A stretch of DNA of 64,000 nt from Eledone cirrhosa (taxonomy: Eukaryota): contig OZ024742.1 of assembly GCA_964016885.1 (NCBI GenBank), positions 167,276,001 to 167,340,000 on the forward strand, read 5' to 3'. The translations under genes and the position numbers were made by a program. Every line of letters starts with the position of its first letter. Position 1 is the stretch's first letter. A model generated the notes under the pieces. The model worked only from the letters and a program-made list of their open reading frames with translations, was not told where the DNA came from and searched no databases. Positions 41,601 through 54,200 of this stretch are shown piece by piece.

Positions 41601-43050
41601 GAGATAAATTCCAGCCTCCAAGGGGAGATAATTTCCAGCCAGCCAAGGGGAGATAATTTGTAAAAAAATCAGGGGGAGATAATTTGTAAAAAAAATCAGG
41701 GGGAGATAATTTGTACAAAAAATCAGGGGTAGATAATTTGTAAAAAAAAATCAGGGGGAGATAATTTGTAAAAAAAATCAAGGGGAGATAATTTGCAGCC
41801 GTCCAAGGGGAGATAATTTTCAGCCGTCCAAGGAGAGGTAATTTCTAGCCGTCCAAGGTGAGATAATATCCAGCCGTCCAAGGGGAGATAATTTCCAGCC
41901 GTCCAAGGGGAGATAATTTTTAAAAAAAAACAGGCGGAGATAATTTGTAAAAAAAAAATCAGGGTGAGATAATTTGTAAAAAAAAATCAGGGGGAGATAA
42001 TTTGTAAAAAAAAATCAGGGGGAGGTAATTTATAAAAAAAATCAAGGGGAGATAATTTCCAGCCGTCCAAGGGAAGATAATTTCCAGCCCTCCAAGGGGC
42101 TATAATTTCCAGCGTCCAAGGGGAGATAATTTCCAGCCAGCGAAGGGGAGATAATTTTTTTTTTTTTAAATCAGGGGGACATAATTTGTAAAAAAAATAA
42201 GGGGGAGATAATCTGTAAAAAAAATCAAGGGGAGATAATTTGTAAAAAAATCAGGGGGAGATAATTTGTAAAAAAAAATCAGGGGGAGATAATTTGTAAA
42301 AAAAATCAAGGGGAGATAATTTGTAAAAAAAATCAAGGGGAGATAATTTCCAGCCGTCCAAGGGGAGATAATTTTCAGCCGTCCAAGGGGAGATAATTTC
42401 CCGTCAGCCAAGGGAAGATAATATTTAAAAAAATCAGGCGGAGATAATTTGTAAAAAAAATCAGGGGGAGATAATTTGTAAAAAAATCAGGGGGAGATAA
42501 TTTGTAAAAAAAAAATCAGGGGGAGATTTGTAAAAAAAATCAGGGGGAGATAATTTGTAAAAAAAAATCAGGGGTAGATAATTTGTAAAAAAAAATCAGG
42601 GGGAGATAATTTGTAAAAAAAAATCAGGGGGAGATAATTTGTAAAAAAAATCAATTGGAGATAATTTCCAGCCGTCCAAGGGGAGATAATTTTCAGCCGT
42701 CCAAGGAGAGGTAATTTCTAGACGTCCAAGGGGAGATAATTTCCAGCCGTCCAATGGGAGATAATTTCCAGCCGTCCAAGGGGAGATAATTTTTAAAAAA
42801 AAATCAGGCGGAGATAATTTGTAAAAAAAATCTAGGGGAGATAATTTGCAGCCGTCCAAGGGGAGATAATTTTCAGTCGTCCAAGGAGAGGTAATTTCTA
42901 GCCGTCCAAGGGGAGATAATTTCCAGCCGTCAAAGGGGAGATAATTTCCAGCCGTCCAAGGGGAGATAATTTTTTAAAAAAAATCAGGCGGAGATAATTT
43001 GTAAAAAAAATCAGGGGGAGATAATTTGTAAAAAAAAATCAGGGGTAGAT
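35700..43050 (+). repeat. Tandem duplication, 3801-bp period (ends approximate)
   Basis: ORF offsets are exactly 3801 (36298/40099, 36665/40466, 37052/40853, 37338/41139, 38365/42166, 38795/42596). Private markers CAGCGGGAG (37567/41368), CTAGGGGAG (39031/42832) and CAATGGGAG (38951/42752). Confidence 0.92.
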
Positions 43051-45299
43051 AATTTGTAAAAAAAAATCAGGGGGAGATAATTTGTAAAAAAAAATCAGGG
43101 GGAGATAATTTGTAAAAAAAATCAGGGGGAGATAATTTGTAAAAAAAAATCAGGGGGAGATAATTTCCGGCCGTCCAAGGGGAGATAATTTTCAGCCGTC
43201 CAAGGGGAGATAATTTCCCGCCAGCCAAGGGAAGATAATATTTAAAAAAATCAGGCGGAGATAATTTGTAAAAAAAATCAGGGGAGATAATTTGTAAAAA
43301 AATCAGGGGGAGATAATTTGTAAAAAAAATCAAGGGGAGATAATTTCCAGCCGTCCAAGGGGAGGTAATATCTAGCCGTCCAAGGGGAGATAATTTCCAG
43401 CCGTCCAAGAGGAGATAATTTCCAGCCGTCCAAGGGTAGATAATATCCAGCCGTCCAAGGAGACATATTTTCCAGCCGTCCAAGGAGAGGTAATTTCTAG
43501 CCGTCCAAGGGGAGATAAATTCCAGCCTCCAAGGGGAGATAATTTCCAGCCAGCCAAGGGGAGATAATTTGTAAAAATAATCAGGGGGAGATAATTTGTA
43601 AAAAAAATCAGGGGGAGATAATTTGTAAAAAAAATCAGGGGGAGATAATTTGTAAAAAAAAATCAAGGGGAGATAATTTCCAGCCGTCCAAGGGGAGATA
43701 ATTTTCAGCCGCCCAAGGGGAGATAATTTCCCGCCAGCCAAGGGAAGATAATATTTAAAAAATCAGGCGGAGATAATTTGTAAAAAATATCAGGGGGAGA
43801 TAATTTGTAAAAAAATCAGGGGGAGATAATTTGTAAAAAAAAAATCAGGGGGAGATAATTTGTAAAAAAAATCAGGGGGAGATGATTTGTAAAAAAAAAT
43901 CAGGGGTAGATAATTTGTAAAAAAAAATCAGGGGGAGATAATTTGTAAAAAAAAATCAGGGGGAGATAATTTGTAAAAAAAATCAAGGGGAGATAATTTC
44001 CAGCCGTCGAAGGGGAGATAATATCCAGCCGTCCAAGGGGAGATAATTTCCAGCCGTCCAAGGGTAGATAATATCCAGCCGTCCAAGTAGACATTTTCCA
44101 GCCGTCCAAGGAGAGGTAATTTCTAGCCGTCCAAGGGGAGATAAATTCCAGCCTCCAAGGGGAGATAATTTCCAGCCAGCCAAGGGGAGATAATTTGTAA
44201 AAAAATCAGGGGGAGATAATTTGTAAAAAAAATCAGGGGGAGATAATTTGTAAAAAAAATCAGGGGGAGATAATTTGTAAAAAAAATCAAGGGGAGATAA
44301 TTTCCAGCCGTCCAAGGGGAGATAATTTTCAGCCGTCCAAGGGGAGATAATTTCCAGCCGTCCAAGGGGAGATAATTTCCATCCTTCCAAGGGGAGATAA
44401 TTTCCAGCCGTCCAAGGGGAGATAATTTTCAGCCGTCCAAGGGGAGATAATTTCCCGCCAGCCAAGGGAAGATAATATTTTAAAAAATCAGGCGGAGATA
44501 ATTTGTAAAAAAAATCAGGGGGAGATAATTTGTAAAAAAATCAGGGGGAGATAATTTGTAAAAAAAAAATCAGGGGGAGATAATTTGTAAAAAAAATCAG
44601 GGGTAGATAATTTGTAAAAAAAATCAGGGGTAGATAATTTGTAAAAAAAAATCAGGGGGAGATAATTTGTAAAAAAAAAATCAGGGGGAGATAATTTGTA
44701 AAAAAAATCAAGGGGAGATAATTTCCAGCCGTCCAAGGAGAGATAATTTTAAAAAAAAATCAGGCGGAGATAATTTGTAAAAAAAATCAAGGGGAGATAA
44801 TTTGTAAAAAAAAATCAGGGGGAGATAATTTGTAAAAAAAATCAAGGGGAGATAATTTCCAGCCGTCCAAGGGAAGATAATTTCCAGCACTCCAAGGGGC
44901 TATAATTTCCAGTGTCCAAGGGGAGATAATTTCCAGCCAGCGAAGGGGAGATAATTTTTTTAAAAAAATCAGGGGGAGATATGTAAAAAAAATCAGAGGG
45001 AGATAATTTCTAAAAAAAATCAAAGGGAGATAATTTCCAGCCGTGCAAGGGGAGATAATTTCCAGCCGTCCAAGGGGAGATAATTTCCATCCTTCCAAGG
45101 GGAGATAATGTCCAGCCGTCCAAGGGGAGATAATTTCCCGCCAGCCAAGGGAAGATAATTTTTAAAAAAATCAGGCGGAGATTGTAAAAAAAATCAGGGG
45201 GAGATAATTTGTAAAAAAATCAGGGGGAGATAATTTGTAAAAAAAATCAGGGGGAGATAATTTGTAAAAAAAAAATCAGGGGGAGATAATTTGTAAAAA

Positions 45300-48200
45300 A
45301 AATCAGGGGTAGATAATTTGTAAAAAAAAATCAGGGGGAGATAATTTGTAAAAAAAATCAGGGGGAGATAATTTGTAAAAAAATCAAGGGGAGATAATAT
45401 GCAGCCGTCCAAGGGGAGATAATTTTCAGCCGTCCAAGGAGAGGTAATTTCTAGCCGTCCAAGGGGAGATAATTTCCAGCCGTCCAAGGGGAGATAATTT
45501 CCAGCCGTCCAAGGGGAGATAGTTTTTTTAAAAAAATCAGGCGGAGATAATTTGTAAAAAAAAAATCAGGGGGAGATAATTTGTAAAAAAAAATCAGGGG
45601 GAGATAATTTGTAAAAAAAAATTGGGGAGATAATTTGTAAAAAAAATCAGGGGGAGATAATTAGTAAAAAAAATCAAGGGGAGATAATTTCCAGCCGTCC
45701 AAGGGGAGGTAATATCTAGCCGTCCACGGGGAGATAATTTCCAGCCGTCCAAGGGGAGATAATTTCCAGCCGTCCAAGGGGAGATAATATCCAGCCGTCC
45801 AAGTAGACATATTTTCCAGCCGTCCAAGGAGAGGTAATTTCTAGCCGTCCAAGGGGAGATAAATTCCAGCCTCCAAGGGGAGATAATTTCCAGCCAGCCA
45901 AGGGGAGATAATTTGTAAAAAAATCAGGGGGAGATAATTTGTAAAAAAAAATCAGGGGGAGATAATTTGTAAAAAAAAATCAGGGGGAGATAATTTGTAA
46001 AAAAAATCAGGGGGAGATAATTTGTAAAAAAAAATCAGGGGGAGATAATTTGTAAAAAAAAATCAGGGGGAGATAATTTGTAAAAAAAAATCAGGGGGAG
46101 ATAATTTGTAAAAAAAATCAAGGGGAGATAATTTCCAGCCGTCCAAGGGGAGATAATTTCCAGCCGTCCAAGGGGAGGTAATATCTAGCCGTCCAAGGGG
46201 AGATAATTTCCAGCCGTCCAAGAGGAGATAATTTCCAGCCGTCCAAGGGTAGATAATATCCAGCCGTCCAAGGAGACATATTTTCCAGCCGTCCAAGGAG
46301 AGGTAATTTCTAGCCGTCCAAGGGGAGATAAATTCCAGCCTCCAAGGGGAGATAATTTCCAGCCAGCCAAGGGGAGATAATTTGTAAAAAAAATCAGGGG
46401 GAGATAATTTGTAAAAAAAATCAGGGGGAGATAATTTGTAAAAAAAAATCAGGGGGAGATAATTTGTAAAAAAAATCAGGGGGAGATAATTTGTAAAAAA
46501 AAATCAAGGGGAGATAATTTCCAGCCGTCCAAGGGGAGATAATTTTCAGCCGCCCAAGGGGAGATAATTTCCCGCCAGCCAAGGGAAGATAATATTTAAA
46601 AAATCAGGCGGAGATAATTTGTAAAAAAAATCAGGGGGAGAAAATTTGTAAAAAAAATCAGGGGGAGATAATTTGTAAAAAAAAAATCAGGGGGAGATAA
46701 TTTGTAAAAAAAATCAGGGGGAGATGATTTGTAAAAAAAATCAGGGGTAGATAATTTGTAAAAAAAAATCAGGGGGAGATAATTTGTAAAAAAAAATCAG
46801 GGGGAGATAATTTGTAAAAAAAATCAAGAGGAGATAATTTCCAGCCGTCGAAGGGAAGATAATTTCCAGCCCTCCAAGGGGCTATAATTTCCAGCGTCCA
46901 AGGGGAGATAATTTCCAGCCAGCGAAGGGGAGATAATTTTTTTTAAAAAATCATTGAGAGATTTGTAAAAAAAATCAGGGGGAGATAATTTGTAAAAAAA
47001 ATCAAGGGGAGATAATTTCCAGCCGTCCAAGGGGAGGTAATATCTAGCCATCCAAGGGGAGATAATTTCCAGCCGTCCAAGGGGAGATAATTTCCAGCCG
47101 TCCAAGGGTAGATAATATCCAGCCGTCCAAGTAGACATTTTCCAGCCGTCCAAGGAGAGGTAATTTCTAGCCGTCGAAGGGGAGATAAATTCCAGCCTCC
47201 AAGGGGAGATAATTTCCAGCCAGCCAAGGGGAGATAATTTGTAAAAAAATCAGGGGGAGATAATTTGTAAAAAAAATCAGGGGGAGATAATTTGTAAAAA
47301 AAAATCAGGGGTAGATAATTTGTAAAAAAAAATCAGGGGGAGATAATTTGTAAAAAAAAATCAGGGGGAGATAATTTGTAAAAAAAATCAAGGGGAGATA
47401 ATTTCCAGCCGTCCAAGGGGAGATAATTTTCAGCCGTCCAAGGGGAGATAATTTCCAGCCGTCCAAGGGGAGATAATTTCCATCCTTCCAAGGGGAGATA
47501 ATTTGTAAAAAAAAATCAGGGGGAGATAATTTGTAAAAAAAATCAAGGGGAGATAATTTCCAGCCGTCCAAGGGGAGATAATTTTCAGCCGTCCAAGGGG
47601 AGATAATTTCCCGCCAGCCAAGGGAAGATAATATTTAAAAAAATCAGGCGGAGATAATTTGTAAAAAAAATCAGGGGGAGATAATTTGTAAAAAAATCAG
47701 GGGGAGATAATTTGTAAAAAAAAAATCAGGGGGAGATAATTTGTAAAAAAAATCAGGGCTAGATAATTTGTAAAAAAAAATCAGGGGTAGATAATTTGTA
47801 AAAGAAAATCAGGGGGAGATAATTTGTAAAAAAAAATCAGGGGGAGATAATTTGTAAAAAAAATCAAGGGGAGATAATTTCCAGCCGTCCAAGGAGAGAT
47901 AATTTTAAAAAAAAATCAGGCGGAGATAATTTGTAAAAAAAATCAAGGGGAGATAATTTGTAAAAAAAAATCAGGGGGAGATAATTTGTAAAAAAAATCA
48001 AGGGGAGATAATTTCCAGCCGTCCAAGGGAAGATAATTTCCAGCACTCCAAGGGGCTATAATTTCCAGTGTCCAAGGGGAGATAATTTCCAGCCAGCGAA
48101 GGGGAGATAATTTTTTAAAAAAATCAGGGGGAGATATGTAAAAAAAATCAGGTGGAGATAATTTGTAAAAAAAATCAGGGGGAGATAATTTGTAAAAACA

Positions 48201-51200
48201 AAATCAAGGGCAGATAATTTCCAGCTGTCCAAGGGGAGATAATTTCCAGCCGTCCAAGGGGAGATAATTTCCATCCTTCCAAGGGGAGATAATCTCCAGC
48301 CGTCCAAGGGGAGATAATTTCCCGCCAGCCAAGGGAAGATAATTTTTTAAAAAATCAGGCGGAGATTGTAAAAAAAATCAGGGGGAGATAATTTGTAAAA
48401 AAATCAGGGGGAGATAATTTGTAAAAAAAAAATCAGGGGAGATAATTTGTAAAAAAAAATCAGGGGGAGATAATTTGTAAAAAAAAAATCAGGGGGAGAT
48501 AATTTGTAAAAAAAATCAGGGGTAGATAATTTGTAAAAAAAAAATCAGGGGGAGATAATTTGTAAAAAAAAATCAGGGGGAGATAATTTGTAAAAAAATC
48601 AAGGGGAGATAATATGCAGCCGTCCAAGGGGAGATAATTTTCAGCCGTCCAAGGAGAGGTAATTTCTAGCCGTCCAAGGGGAGATAATTTCCAGCCGTCC
48701 AAGGGGAGATAATTTCCAGCCGTCCAATGGGAGATAGTTTTTTAAAAAAAATCAGGCGGAGATAATTTGTAAAAAAAAAATCAGGGGGAGATAATTTGTA
48801 AAAAAAAATCAGGGGTAGATAATTTGTAAAAAAAATCAGGGGGAGATAATTTGTAAAAAAAATCAGGGAGAGATAATTAGTAAAAAAAATCAAGGGGAGA
48901 TAATTTCCAGCCGTCCAAGGGGAGGTAATATCTAGCCGTCCAAGGGGAGATAATTTCCAGCCGTCCAAGGGGAGATAATTTCCAGACGTCCAAGGGTAGA
49001 TAATATCCAGCCGTCCAAGTAGACATATTTTCCAGCCGTCCAAGGAGAGGTAATTTCTAGCCGTCCAAGGGGAGATAAATTCCAGCCTCCAAGGGGAGAT
49101 AATTTCCAGCCAGCCAAGGGGAGATAATTTGTAAAAAAATCAGGGGGAGATAATTTGTAAAAAAAATCAGGGGGAGATAATTTGTAAAAAAAATTCAGGG
49201 GGAGATAATTTGTAAAAAAAAATCAGGGGGAGATAATTTGTAAAAAAAATCAGGGGGAGATAATTAGTAAAAAAAATCAAGGGGAGATAATTTCCAGCCG
49301 TCCAAGGGGAGGTAATATCTAGCCGTCCAAGGGGAGATAATTTCCAGCCGTCCAAGGGGAGATAATTTCCAGACGTCCAAGGGTAGATAATATCCAGCCG
49401 TCCAAGTAGACATATTTTCCAGCCGTCCAAGGAGAGGTAATTTCTAGCCGTCCAAGGGGAGATAAATTCCAGCCTCCAAGGGGAGATAATTTCCAGCCAG
49501 CCAAGGGGAGATAATTTGTAAAAAAATCAGGGGGAGATAATTTGTAAAAAAAATCAGGGGGAGATAATTTGTAAAAAAAATTCAGGGGGAGATAATTTGT
49601 AAAAAAAAATCAGGGGGAGATAATTTGTAAAAAAAATCAGGGGTAGATAATTTGTAAAAAAAAATCAGGGGGAGATAATTTGTAAAAAAAATCAAGGGGA
49701 GATAATTTCCAGCTGTCCAAGGGGAGATAATTTTCAGCCGTCCAAGGGGAGATAATTTCCCGCCAGCCAAGGGAAGATAATATTTAAAAAAATCAGGCGG
49801 AGATAATTTGTAAAAAAAATCAGGGGGAGATAATTTGTAAAAAAATCAGGGGGAGATAATTTGTAAAAAAAAAATCAGGGGGAGATAATTTGTAAAAAAA
49901 ATCAGGGGGAGATAATTTGTAAAAAAAAATCAGGGGTAGATAATTTGTAAAAAAAAATCAGGGGGAGATAATTTGTAAAAAAAAATCAGGGGGAGATAAT
50001 TTGTAAAAAAAATCAATTGGAGATAATTTCCAGCCGTCCAAGGAGAGATAATTTTAAAAAAAAATCAGGCGAAGATAATTTGTAAAAAAAAATCAGGGGG
50101 AGATAATTTGTAAAAAAAAATCAGGGGGAGATAATTTGTAAAAAAAATCAAGGGGAGATAATTTTCAGCCGTCCAAGGGGAGAATTTTCAGCCGTCCAAG
50201 GAGAGGTAATTTCTAGCCGTCCAAGGGGAGATAATTTCCAGCCGTCCAAGGGGAGATAATTTCCAGCCGTCCAAGGGGAGATAATTAAAAAAAAAATCAG
50301 GCGGAGATAATTTGTAAAAAAAATCAAGGGGAGATAATTTGCAGCCGTCCAAGGGGAGATAATTTTCAATCGTCCAAGGAGAGGTAATTTTTAGCCGTCC
50401 AAGGGGAGATAATTTCCAGCCGTCCAAGGGGAGATAATTTCCAGCCGTCCAAGGGGAGATAATTTTTTTAAAAAATCAGGCGGAGATAATTTGTAAAAAA
50501 AATCAGGGGGAGATAATTTGTAAAAAAAAATCAGGGGGAGATAATTTGTAAAAAAAATCAGGGGGAGATAATTTGTAAAAACAAAATCAAGGGCAGATAA
50601 TTTCCAGCTGTCCAAGGGGAGATAATTTCCAGCCGTGCAAGGGGAGATAATTTCCAGCCGTCCAAGGGGAGATAATTTCCATCCTTCCAAGGGGAGATAA
50701 TGTCCAGCCGTCCAAGGGGAGATAATTTCCCGCCAGCCAAGGGAAGATAATTTTTAAAAAAATCAGGCGGAGATTGTAAAAAAAATCAGGGGGTGATAAT
50801 TTGTAAAAAAATCAGGGGGAGATAATTTGTAAAAAAAAAATCAGGGGAGATAATTTGTAAAAAAAAATCAGGGGGAGATAATTTGTAAAAAAAAAATCAG
50901 GGGGAGATAATTTGTAAAAAAAATCAGGGGTAGATAATTTGTAAAAAAAAATCAGGGGGAGATAATTTGTAAAAAAAAATCAGGGGGAGATAATTTGTAA
51001 AAAAATCAAGGGGCGATAATATGCAGCCGTCCAAGGGGAGATAATTTTCAGCCGTCCAAGGAGAGGTAATTTCTAGCCGTCCAAGGGGAGATAATTTCCA
51101 GCCGTCCAAGGGGAGATAATTTCCAGCCGTCCAAGGGGAGATAGTTTTTTTTAAAAAATCAGGCGGAGATAATTTGTAAAAAAAAAATCAGGGGGAGATA

Positions 51201-54200
51201 ATTTGTAAAAAAAAATCAGGGGGAGATAATTTGTAAAAAAAAATCAGGGGGAGATAATTTGTAAAAAAAATCAGGGGGAGATAATTAGTAAAAAAAATCA
51301 AGGGGAGATAATTTCCAGCCGTCCAAGGGGAGGTAATATCTAGCCGTCCAAGGGGAGATTATTTCCAGCCGTCCAAGAGGAGATAATTTCCAGCCGTCCA
51401 AGGGTAGATAATATCCAGCCGTCCAAGGAGACATATTTTCCAGCCGTCCAAGGAGAGGTAATTTCTAGCCGTCCAAGGGGAGATAAATTCCAGCCTCCAA
51501 GGGGAGATAATTTCAGCCAGCCAAGGGGAGATAATTTGTAAAAAAAATCAGGGGGAGATAATTTGTAAAAAAAATCAGGGGTAGATAATTTGTAAAAAAA
51601 AATCAGGGGGAGATAATTTGTAAAAAAAATCAGGGGGAGATAATTTGTAAAAAAAAATCAAGGGGAGATAATTTCCAGCCGTCCAAGGGGAGATAATTTT
51701 CAGCCGCCCAAGGGGAGATAATTTCCCGCCAGCCAAGGGAAGATAATATTTAAAAAAATCAGGCGGAGATAATTTGTAAAAAAAATCAGGGGGAGATAAT
51801 TTGTAAAAAAATCAGGGGGAGATAATTTGTAAAAAAAAATCAGGGGGAGATAATTTGTAAAAAAAATCAGGGGGAGATAATTTGTAAAAAAAAATCAGGG
51901 GTAGATAATTTGTAAAAAAAAATCAGGGGGAGATAATTTGTAAAAAAAAATCAGGGGGAGATAATTTGTAAAAAAAAATCAGGGGGAGATAATTTGTAAA
52001 AAAAATCAAGGGGAGATAATTTCCAGCCGTCCAAGGGGAGAATTTTCAGCCGTCCAAGAGAGATAATTTAAAAAAAAAATCAGGCGAAGATAATTTGTAA
52101 AAAAAAATCAGGGGGAGATAATTTGTAAAAAAAAATCAGGGGGAGATAATTTGTAAAAAAAATCAAGGGGAGATAATTTCCAGCCGTCCAAGGGGAGAAT
52201 TTTCAGCCGTCCAAGGAGAGGTAATTTCTAGCCGTCCAAGGGGAGATAATTTCCAGCCGTCCAAGGGGAGATAATTTCCAGCCGTCCAAGGGGAGATAAT
52301 TAAAAAAAAATCAGGCGGAGATAATTTGTAAAAAAAATCAAGGGGAGATAATTTGCAGCCGTCCAAGGGGAGATAATTTTCAATCGTCAAAGGAGAGGTA
52401 ATTTTTAGCCGTCCAAGGGGAGATAATTTCCAGCCGTCCAAGGGGAGATAATTTCCAGCCGTCCAAGGGGAGATAATTTTTTTAAAAAATCAGGCGGAGA
52501 TAATTTGTAAAAAAAATCAGGGGGAGATAATTTGTAAAAAAAAATCAGGGGGAGATAATTTGTAAAAAAAAATCAGGGGGAGATAATTTGTAAAAAAAAT
52601 CAAGGAGAGATAATTTCCAGCCGTCCAAGGGAAGATAATTTCAAGCCCTCCAAGGGGCTATAATTTCCAGTGTCCAAGGGGAGATAATTTCCAGCCAGCG
52701 AAAGGGAGATAATTTTTTTTAAAAAATCAGGGAGATTTGTAAAAAAAATCAGGGGGAGATAATTTGTAAAAAAAATCAAAGGGAGATAATTTCCAGCCGT
52801 CCAAAGAGAGATAATTTCTAGCCGTCCAAGGCGAGATAATTTCGAGCAAGGGGAGATAATTTCCAGCCGTCCAAGGGGAGATATTTTTTTAAAAAATCAG
52901 GTGGAGATAATTTGTAAAAAAAATCAGGGGGAGATAATTTGTAAAAACAAAATCAAGGGCAGATAATTTCCAGCTGTCCAAGGGGAGATAATTTCCAGCC
53001 GTGCAAGGGGAGATAATTTCCAGCCGTCCAAGGGGAGATAATTTCCATCCTTCCAGGGGGAGATAATTTCCAGCCGTCCAAGGGGAGATAATTTCCCGCC
53101 AGCCAAGTGAAGATAATTTTTTAAAAAATCAGGCGGAGATTGTAAAAAAAATCAGGGGGAGATAATTTGTAAAAAAATCAGGGGGAGATAATTTGTAAAA
53201 AAAATCAAGGGGAGATTATTTCCAGCCGTCTAAGGGGAGGTAATATCTAGCCGTCCAAGGGGAGATAATTTCCAGCCATCCAAGGGGAGATAATTTCCAG
53301 CCGTCCAAGGGTAGATAATATCCAGCCGTCCAAGGAGACATATTTTCCAGCCGTCCAAGGAGAGGTAATTTCTAGCCAGCCAAGGGGAGATAATTTGTAA
53401 AAAAATCAGGGGGAGATAATTTGTAAAAAAAATCAGGGGGAGATAATTTGTAAAAAAAAATCAGGGGGAGATAATTTGTTAAAAAAATCAGGGGGAGATA
53501 ATTTGTAAAAAAAAATCAGGGGTAGATAATTTGTAAAAAAAAATCAGGGGGAGATAATTTGTAAAAAAAATCAGGGGGAGATAATTTGTAAAAAAAATCA
53601 AGGGGAGATAATTTCCAGCCGTCCAAGGAGAGATAATTTTAAAAAAAAATCAGGCGGAGATAATTTGTAAAAAAAAATCAGGGGGAGATAATTTGTAAAA
53701 AAAAATCAGGGGGAGATAATTTGTAAAAAAATCAAGGGGAGATAATTTCCAGCCGTCCAAGGGGAGATAATTTTCAGCCGTCCAAGGGGAGATAATTTCC
53801 AGCCGTCCAAGGGGAGATAATTTTTTTAAAAAAATCAGGCGGAGATAATTTGTAAAAAAAATCAAGGGGAGATAATTTGCAACCGTCCAAGGGGACATAA
53901 TTTTCAGTCGTCCAAGGAGAGGTAATTTCTAGCCGTCCAAGGGGAGATAATTTCCAGCCGTCCAAGGGGAGATAATTTCCAGCCGTCCAAGGGGAGATAA
54001 TTTTTTTTTAAAAATCAGGCGGAGATAATTTGTAAAAAAAAAAATCAGGGGGAGATAATTTGTAAAAAAAAATCAGGGGGAGATAATTTGTAAAAAAAAA
54101 TCAGGGGGAGATAATTTGTAAAAAAAATCAAGGGGAGATAATTTCCAGCCGTCCAAGGGAAGATAATTTCCAGCCCTCCAAGGGGCTATAATTTCCAGCG

